Source: Calditrichia bacterium (GTDB lineage: Bacteria > Calditrichota > Calditrichia > JAJRVZ01). From it: a DNA stretch of 64,000 bases. Of the stretch, positions 57,451 through 64,000 are shown piece after piece (within the stretch, counting starts at the first letter, position 1; each line of letters starts with the position of its first letter). The DNA is taken from assembly GCA_963796965.1 (NCBI GenBank), contig CAWCNS010000003.1, positions 1 through 64,000 of the forward strand. The letters are read 5' to 3'. The notes beneath the pieces were generated by a model. That model was not told where the DNA came from. It did no database searches and was given only the letters and a program-made list of their open reading frames with translations. Made by a program: the position numbers and the translations under genes.

Positions 57451-60400
57451 CTATCGCCTATTTGATTTTGCCATGTTATTCAAAATTTTCTTATTCTTAA
57501 TTACATTATTCTTCGCAATTTTTTCCCTGATGGAATCCATTGACGACTGTTTACCCGGTTTACTTTTATGGACTTGCGATTGTAATTGATGATTTTTTAT
57601 ACCGATTTCGTTAATTTGTTCAAGGATGGTGCGTGTATTACCTAATATATTTTCTTTTTCAATGTATTTCAACATATCTTTGGTATTTTGCACAATCATT
57701 TCTTGTTTTAATTCAGATGTATTCGTTTCCAGGGTTTCAAGATACCTGATAACCTGAACGAACACTTGTTCTCCACGTCCTAAGGAGCTTATGAGTGAGT
57801 TTTTAGATATGAGACCAAGAACCTTACCGATTTTAAAGAGATCCGTTTTCTTATAGCCACCATTATCCCATTCAGATACAATTGAGTTTATCTCATTAAG
57901 ATCTTTGTCAATAGCATTAAAAAAGCCATTAACCTTTTCTTCTGACATTGTATCATCAGGCGCTTTAAATTCCGGCTGTGCAAATTTACCATCTACTGGT
58001 ATGCTTGCCTTTGGTTTCTTTTCTTTGACTTCCCTTTCTTTCTGAACCTGCTCCAATTGAGATTTTAAAATTTCTTCAACTTTTTTCTTTTCCACTTCCA
58101 GCTGCTTGTCTGATCGATCTTTGTCTGCTTGAAGTTTTTTAAATTCTTCCTCAAAGGAGAGCGCGGATCGGTCGTCAATTTTTGATTCTTTAACCGTCGC
58201 TATCGCTTCAAGACTTTCTTCGATACTGACTTCTTCCTCAGTTTCTTCTGTTTTTGCTTCTTCTTCTAAAGAAGCCTCTGCAGGGATATCAGGAATGTCC
58301 TTAGAAATCTTCATAGCAGGTGTTTCTGGAACTGGTTCTTCCTTCTTTTTTTCGACCTCGACTATTACTTTTACTTCTTCTGGTTTTTCATCAGCCTTTT
58401 TTTTATTATCTTCAGATTTCTCAATAACAACAGATTTATCTTTATCTGTTGTTTCTGTCTTTTCTTCCTCAAAGAGATCATCTTTTACATGTTTAACATC
58501 TTCGACAACTTCATCCGTTTTTATCGATTTATCTCCTGAAGTCGAACTCATTTGACGTTCAACCACTTTCCGCTCAGAAGGTGGTTGTGCACTAGGCATC
58601 ATCGAATTCGGAACAGCTGTTCCGGTTTTATCCGCAATGACTTTTTCTGCAGATTCATAGTCCAGAATCACCTGTCCATCCAATGTAAGTAACGGCGTTC
58701 CGGGGAGTTTTATACGTTTTTTTCCACCACGTTTAATATAAGCTTCCCGTTTTTCTTTCGTATTCATTTTGGCTTTCACCAGTTCCGCATATATTCGCCC
58801 TTCTTCAAGTTTGGTAAAACTATATTTTTCTGTATTCAATTCTTTACTGAGTTTTTTGGGTCCATATTCAGGATGATTACTGATAACATCATATAACTTT
58901 GTCTTCACTTCTATGCTAAGATGTTTCTTCTCAATATAATCCGAATCGTAAAGAAGTTCCTTTAAGCCTTCCAGACCGACAGAATCTTTAACCTTTTTAT
59001 ATTTACGATACATGTAGGGCGATACCTGCATTTTTTCACAGGCTTCTTTTACAGGTACCTTATCTTCGGAAATCATTCGAAAGAGTTCTTTCTGGATCGT
59101 AAAGAGTACCTCTCCCTGCATCAATTTTTCTTTCACTGCCACAAAAGTAATATCATCATTCTGAGGATAACTTTGTGTGTGAGATTTGATATCATCTTTT
59201 ATATTGTTGATAAAATCGGTGACATCATAGTGGGAATTGTTCCGGATCGCATCCAAAAAACGCTCTTCCCGATATAATTCCCGCTTGGGATTCATGGCTT
59301 CTGTAATTCCATCTGTATATAATACAAGCATATCGTCTTCACGCAGACGTATGGAATCCTGCTCAATTTTTCTCTCAAACAATGTAATATCCGGTAACTG
59401 GATACCTACAGGAAAACCTGATGGATTCAGAAAATAGGTTTGCTTGTTATTACCACGGTAAAGAATCATGGGGTTATGGCCGGCACTAGCATAGTGAATC
59501 ACACGATTGCGGCTATCCAGAACCATATAAAACATAGTTACAAACATGCCACGCTTCATATCGTCGGTTACAAAACGGTTCACCCGGCTTAATACATCTG
59601 CAGGGTTTTTATTCCCCCTTGCCTCAAGTCTGAGAGCCGTTCGTATCATCGTCATAATCAGCGAACCAGGTACACCTTTTCCAGCCACATCGGCCACACA
59701 AATTCCTAAGGTATCTTCATCCACTTCAACAAAATCAAAAAGGTCTCCTCCCACTTCCTTTGCCGCTTCATAAAAGGACGCCAGGTCATAACCTTTAACC
59801 TGAGGAAAATCACTGGGTAGCAGCATCTGCTGAATCTCCTGGGCAACCTGGAGTTCTTTTTGCAATCTCTGCTGTTCGATTACACTGACCTGTGCCTCTC
59901 TAAATTTACTGGTCATTCTGTTAAATGCCTGGGCAATCTCTCCTAATTCATCAGAAGCATCAATGTCAATCTCATCTTCATCAACTGTGCCCTGCCCAAC
60001 CTGATGGACCCAATCTGCCAACGAGTGAAAGGGCGAAACGATTCGATCTATCAGATAATAAGTCCCGACGAATAATACAACCATAAGTATCAGAGTTATC
60101 ATTATGATATTGAATTTTGCACTATCAGAACGAGATTCGATATACTCTTCAGTTACCCAAAGATGTGCCTCACCGACATGAGGGCTTTCTCCCCGCATAG
60201 CTACAAAAATATCAGACACAAAATCATATATTTCTAAAGTGTCATCAATGGAATACTTATATATACGGTAATAGTTTGCTGAATCAGCGATTGTTTCTTT
60301 TTCATCCGGATATATATATTGTCCCAATGCTTTCAGGGGTGTACTACTTGCTACTATTTTAGTTGTAGGATCGACGATAAAAGATTCGTATACCAGCTCC

Positions 60401-61092
60401 GGATTATTTTTCTTTAAGGCTTTTGCTACACCAAACAGATCCAGATCATTATTGTCCTGCAAATGTTCCGAGCTATTATCTGCAAGGGAAAGAACCTGTG
60501 CGCGGGCATATTCAACAGTATCATCCAAGACATCCTGATCTACTTTTGAGTAGAGGAAAATAAAGATGGCAAGAGCGAAGAGAGAAATAATCGCTGAAGC
60601 CCAAACTGTATAGCGCGTTCGAAGAGAGAATCCTTCCCAAACACCACGCATGGAGGAAAGGTTAATTTCTTCCCTCTGTTTGGTCAGACGCAATTCATTT
60701 CCGCGGCTGGTGATGTTATATTGTACATCATCCATCAATTTCCGCATCATAAAAATGCCTAAACCACCCTTTTTACCAATCTGTATATACTTTTCCAGAT
60801 CTGGTGTTTGGGCCTGCCGGGGATCATAACTAATACCCTGATCAATAATGACAATTGTCAGACTTTGCTGCCTGATAATTGCCTTAATCGATACTTCTCC
60901 GCCTTTTATATCACGGTAACCATGGCGGATAATATTGGTACAGGCTTCTTCAATAACCAATTTATAAGAATTGATGATCTTATCGGGATACTTGTATTTA
61001 GATCCGATATGTTCAATAAAATCACGTACCTGCCCCATATAACTCATTTGGGCGGGTATGGTAATTTCTTCTTTTTTAACGTTTCTGAACAT
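57451..61092 (-). CDS. Membrane multidomain protein: RsbW-like kinase, 2 TM/periplasmic domain, HAMP, PP2C/SpoIIE phosphatase, HTH-like region, charged linker, helical C-terminus
   Basis: EEACTNIIRHGY, DQG, GGLGIFMMRKLMD; DELGEIAQAFNRM; EVGGDLFD, ADVAGKG, MFVT, SAGHNP, YTDGITEA, QNDDIT. Confidence 0.9.
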   Translation of the reverse strand: MFRNVKKEEITIPAQMSYMGQVRDFIEHIGSKYKYPDKIINSYKLVIEEACTNIIRHGYRDIKGGEVSIKAIIRQQSLTIVIIDQGISYDPRQAQTPDLEKYIQIGKKGGLGIFMMRKLMDDVQYNITSRGNELRLTKQREEINLSSMRGVWEGFSLRTRYTVWASAIISLFALAIFIFLYSKVDQDVLDDTVEYARAQVLSLADNSSEHLQDNNDLDLFGVAKALKKNNPELVYESFIVDPTTKIVASSTPLKALGQYIYPDEKETIADSANYYRIYKYSIDDTLEIYDFVSDIFVAMRGESPHVGEAHLWVTEEYIESRSDSAKFNIIMITLILMVVLFVGTYYLIDRIVSPFHSLADWVHQVGQGTVDEDEIDIDASDELGEIAQAFNRMTSKFREAQVSVIEQQRLQKELQVAQEIQQMLLPSDFPQVKGYDLASFYEAAKEVGGDLFDFVEVDEDTLGICVADVAGKGVPGSLIMTMIRTALRLEARGNKNPADVLSRVNRFVTDDMKRGMFVTMFYMVLDSRNRVIHYASAGHNPMILYRGNNKQTYFLNPSGFPVGIQLPDITLFERKIEQDSIRLREDDMLVLYTDGITEAMNPKRELYREERFLDAIRNNSHYDVTDFINNIKDDIKSHTQSYPQNDDITFVAVKEKLMQGEVLFTIQKELFRMISEDKVPVKEACEKMQVSPYMYRKYKKVKDSVGLEGLKELLYDSDYIEKKHLSIEVKTKLYDVISNHPEYGPKKLSKELNTEKYSFTKLEEGRIYAELVKAKMNTKEKREAYIKRGGKKRIKLPGTPLLTLDGQVILDYESAEKVIADKTGTAVPNSMMPSAQPPSERKVVERQMSSTSGDKSIKTDEVVEDVKHVKDDLFEEEKTETTDKDKSVVIEKSEDNKKKADEKPEEVKVIVEVEKKKEEPVPETPAMKISKDIPDIPAEASLEEEAKTEETEEEVSIEESLEAIATVKESKIDDRSALSFEEEFKKLQADKDRSDKQLEVEKKKVEEILKSQLEQVQKEREVKEKKPKASIPVDGKFAQPEFKAPDDTMSEEKVNGFFNAIDKDLNEINSIVSEWDNGGYKKTDLFKIGKVLGLISKNSLISSLGRGEQVFVQVIRYLETLETNTSELKQEMIVQNTKDMLKYIEKENILGNTRTILEQINEIGIKNHQLQSQVHKSKPGKQSSMDSIREKIAKNNVIKNKKILNNMAKSNRR

Positions 61093-61101
61093 ATATCAAC
61101 C

Positions 61102-63048
61102 TTATTGAGATTCGCTTCGTTTTATACGCTCGCGGGCAGCATTGATAGCTTCCAAAACTCTTTTATTATATGGATGGTCTTTTTCAATGGCCTCCCAAAT
61201 TTCAATTGCCTGAAAATAACGACCCAACATATATTTTTCAACACCTTCCAGATAGCGGCGTTCTGTATCCGGATCCATAGGCTGCAGATCAGCCATGGCC
61301 TCTAACTTAGTACGATCATAATATTGTTTGACGAACTGGTTACCCGGATCTTCCGCTAACAAGGCTTCAAACAGACTTAAAGCCTGATCATATTGACCCA
61401 CATCATAAAGCATAATACCTTGTTGGATACTTTCCTGTAATTTAACTCTTCCAACAAGCGTGTCAACCTCTTTTTTAACACCAGGATCATCAATCGCTAG
61501 TATACGGGCTTCTGAGAACAATCGCAAGGCTTCAGAGTAATTTTGGCTGCCCATTTCCTGGCGTCCCCGGCGCATCAGGGCGTTTAAATCTTCGCTTAAT
61601 CTGCGTCTGGTCGTCTGAATTGCTGAACGAACCTGCTGATTCTCAGGATCGCGTTCTAAAGCCAGATTAAACTGGATCAAAGCTTCCGTATATTGCTTTT
61701 TATCCAGGAAACGTCGTCCCTCTTCATAATGCTCATTGATAAAGCGAATATCTGATTCTGCCCGATCTTTATCGAGAGCGGCAAGCACGGCCTGATCCTG
61801 CTGACTTTGAAACTCTCCGGCTAACTTGGTATTAGACGAGTCCAACATAATTTTTGAATGTTGGTGGAATGGATCCGCCCCAATAACCTGTTGATATTCT
61901 ACTATAGCATCAAGATACTTATTTTCTTTGAAATAAGCATCTGCTTTTTCAGTATGTTCAGCAATAAATTTTTGTTTATCCGCTTCCCTGATCTGTGCAG
62001 CCAGGGCCTCTTCTTCTTCCTTTTTAAGCTGCATTACAATTTCAAACATCTCATCACGGTTCATACCAAAATTTACCGTTAGAGAGATGCGGTGAATCGG
62101 TGGTAGCAATGCCTCATAACTTGGATTCCCAAAGGCATAATCGATCTGAAACATACTGTATTCCACTCCTGCACCAAATGAAATTGAGCTATTATTATAG
62201 CCTAATCTGATCTTTCCGATATTTTGATAATTAAATTCAGTACCAAAAAATATCCCTAAATCCGTTGTGGAACTTTTATCAAGATCTAAGAGGATATTTA
62301 GCCCGGTCCGGCCATCACCAAAGGGAATCTCTTTCATTAAACCAAATCTTAATGCTAATGGCAGGACATCAGTGATATCACCCTCACGTAACTGTGGCTG
62401 AAATAGATTCTGTACATTCAAACCAAAGGACCAGTTTTTGAGTAAGGCAGAAGTTCCAAACTCAGGACGATATAAGAGCCCCAAATCCATGCCGATTCCC
62501 GTCGCTGCATTATCTCCACTGTATTCAGCCAAAGAGATCCCATACCAGGCCCGGCGGTAAACTTTTAGAGATAAACCACCGGTTAAATTCCAGGGTAGTT
62601 TTAATCCATAACCAAGAAACAGGGCATAGGAATCATATGAAAACGTCGATCCGGTTTCTGATCCGGATAAATCATACTCTTCAATCCCCCCTGTTCCAAG
62701 ACGGGCAATGCCCAGACCAAAGGTACCCAGATCAAGCGTGGGATAGGCATAACCAAGAAAATCATAGAGGCCACCCTCCGGCAAGGAGGCATGAAAAAAT
62801 GTCAGGGATTGTTGATAAATATGGTCCAAACCAGCCGAATTCCAATATAAAGCCGTAGGATCATCGGCCATGGCCACAAAAGCGTTACCCATTCCCATTG
62901 CCCGGGCTCCAAAGCCGAAGGTAAAATTACTCCGGGTTCCTGCCTGGCCATTCCCCTCTTGCGCTGCCGAAATTGACGGTAATGCCAGTATCAGACAACC
63001 AAGGGTGAGGTAATAAAGTAAATGCCTTGTTTTATTAAATTTTCTCAT
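61102..63048 (-). CDS. PorV/PorQ-like outer-membrane beta-barrel with C-terminal TPR-like extension
   Basis: Signal peptide; GARAMGMGNAF.A.ADDPTALYWN.AGL; D.G.LY, RLGY, IDYAF, HRISL; TPR-like helices (YLDAIVEY, YTEALIQF, YDQALSLF). Confidence 0.85.
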   Translation of the reverse strand: MRKFNKTRHLLYYLTLGCLILALPSISAAQEGNGQAGTRSNFTFGFGARAMGMGNAFVAMADDPTALYWNSAGLDHIYQQSLTFFHASLPEGGLYDFLGYAYPTLDLGTFGLGIARLGTGGIEEYDLSGSETGSTFSYDSYALFLGYGLKLPWNLTGGLSLKVYRRAWYGISLAEYSGDNAATGIGMDLGLLYRPEFGTSALLKNWSFGLNVQNLFQPQLREGDITDVLPLALRFGLMKEIPFGDGRTGLNILLDLDKSSTTDLGIFFGTEFNYQNIGKIRLGYNNSSISFGAGVEYSMFQIDYAFGNPSYEALLPPIHRISLTVNFGMNRDEMFEIVMQLKKEEEEALAAQIREADKQKFIAEHTEKADAYFKENKYLDAIVEYQQVIGADPFHQHSKIMLDSSNTKLAGEFQSQQDQAVLAALDKDRAESDIRFINEHYEEGRRFLDKKQYTEALIQFNLALERDPENQQVRSAIQTTRRRLSEDLNALMRRGRQEMGSQNYSEALRLFSEARILAIDDPGVKKEVDTLVGRVKLQESIQQGIMLYDVGQYDQALSLFEALLAEDPGNQFVKQYYDRTKLEAMADLQPMDPDTERRYLEGVEKYMLGRYFQAIEIWEAIEKDHPYNKRVLEAINAARERIKRSESQ

Positions 63049-63103
63049 ATCTATATACTCAATTTATCGGTTGATTTTTCATTTTCTTGATAAAAACTTT
63101 GTT

Positions 63104-63251
63104 CTGGATACTGGATACTTGTCACTCGATGCTCGTTTCTCGTTATTCATGCTCAATATTTTTATGGGATCAACAATCCTTTTGACCAGAAATAACAATC
63201 CCAATTCCAAAATCGAATCTATCCAGGATCGAGAATCCAGGATCGCCTATC
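63104..63251. repeat. Inverted pair of heptamer arrays
   Basis: ctggata-ctggata-cttgtca-ctcgatg-ctcgttt-ctcgtta (63104-63145) facing atccagg-atcgaga-atccagg-atcgcct (~63221-63248). Confidence 0.7.
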
Positions 63252-63277
63252 TACTCATTAATGGCATAATCTTACAC

Positions 63278-64000
63278 TCACTTTATAAACGCTATCTTCT
63301 TCGTAAATGTATGCGTTTGTCCCGAAGTACCTCCGGTTACCGCTGTTGTTTTCAAAACACAGAGGTATACGCCATTCAGAACCGTATAATCTTTATCATT
63401 TTTGCCATACCAACGGTATTGCTCATCATAGAGACCATCATGAACACCGGCGGACTGGTTAGTAAAGTTTCTTGACCAGACTAATTCACCGACCAGGGTG
63501 AAGATATAGATTTCCACATTGGACTGGTCTTCCAGGAAGAAACGGATATTGGCATATTCCTGCACCTTACCAAAGGGATTCGGATAAGTGATAAAAGCAT
63601 CTTCCATATTGGTCGGAACAATGGAAATTCTTGCATGTTACCATTCGATTCACTTTCGTCGATCGGTACACCATATTCATCAACCGCCTCAAAACTGAAT
63701 GTCCGATCCACATCATAAGCCCAGACATCTTCAAGACCCAAGACGGAAACTTGGTTCTGAACATCTGATTTGAAATGAGACCAGGACGGCAATCGTTCGT
63801 ATCCTCATCTGCAGCCAAGAGCAAGCTCATTTCCTGTCAAATCAATATGCCCAATGGATTATCTGTTGAGTCGCTCACCTGGACTTCAGCAAAATTTCCA
63901 TTGGCTGATGGTTTTAGATAATTCGTCAATTGGATATTGAATTCATCAGATAGGATAGCGGAACAATTTTGATGGAATCGATCATTTCTGCAATGATACC
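63278..64000 (-). CDS. 3' end of a secreted protein with T9SS-type/FlgD-Ig C-terminal domain; several frameshifts; 5' end outside window
   Basis: YPNPF...IRFFL...V.IYIF.L.GELV...W.G.N.....NGVY.C.L...KKIA; upstream coding spread over three frames. Confidence 0.75.

Noticed and set aside
58720..59080. Intact IS481 element
   Set aside because: No DDE domain, terminal inverted repeats or frame disruption; region is in frame within a host gene
60808..61305. 165-aa plus-strand ORF and similar short antisense ORFs throughout
   Set aside because: Antisense to well-supported genes, with no recognisable domains
63071..63475. 134-aa plus-strand ORF
   Set aside because: Translation of heptamer arrays plus antisense of the CTD gene

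Overview
Low-GC bacterial chromosomal window. The gene content (PorV/PorQ-like barrel, T9SS-type C-terminal domain, DUF4175/DUF4159, patatin-POTRA-BamA, style of dcw cluster) suggests an FCB-group, possibly Calditrichota-like, organism; this is an inference. From left to right: a Cys-rich lipoprotein, a TetR-regulated TolC/HlyD/ABC export operon, tryptophanase, a GAF-HD-GYP protein, the dcw cluster (mraZ to ftsZ), then on the minus strand recJ, a UvrD helicase with an inserted DEDDh exonuclease, holC, a beta-barrel protein, glcF/glcD-like genes and lon. These are followed by a lipoprotein, a PAS hybrid kinase, rhodanese/trhP, PIN-PhoH, mutY and patatin-BamA/DUF4175/DUF4159. The most interesting locus is the minus-strand operon at about 56.2-63.0 kb. 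It encodes a PorV-like barrel fused to TPR helices, a 1213-aa membrane protein combining an RsbW-type kinase, HAMP, PP2C phosphatase and an IS481-transposase-like HTH region, and a STAS protein that, across a frameshift, carries the same HTH module. No sigma factor gene is present in the window. Intergenic regions contain several families of nested short-period inverted-repeat elements. At least six genes carry apparent single-base frameshifts, including essential ftsW, which most likely reflects assembly errors. No rRNA, tRNA, CRISPR array or intact transposase was recognised.
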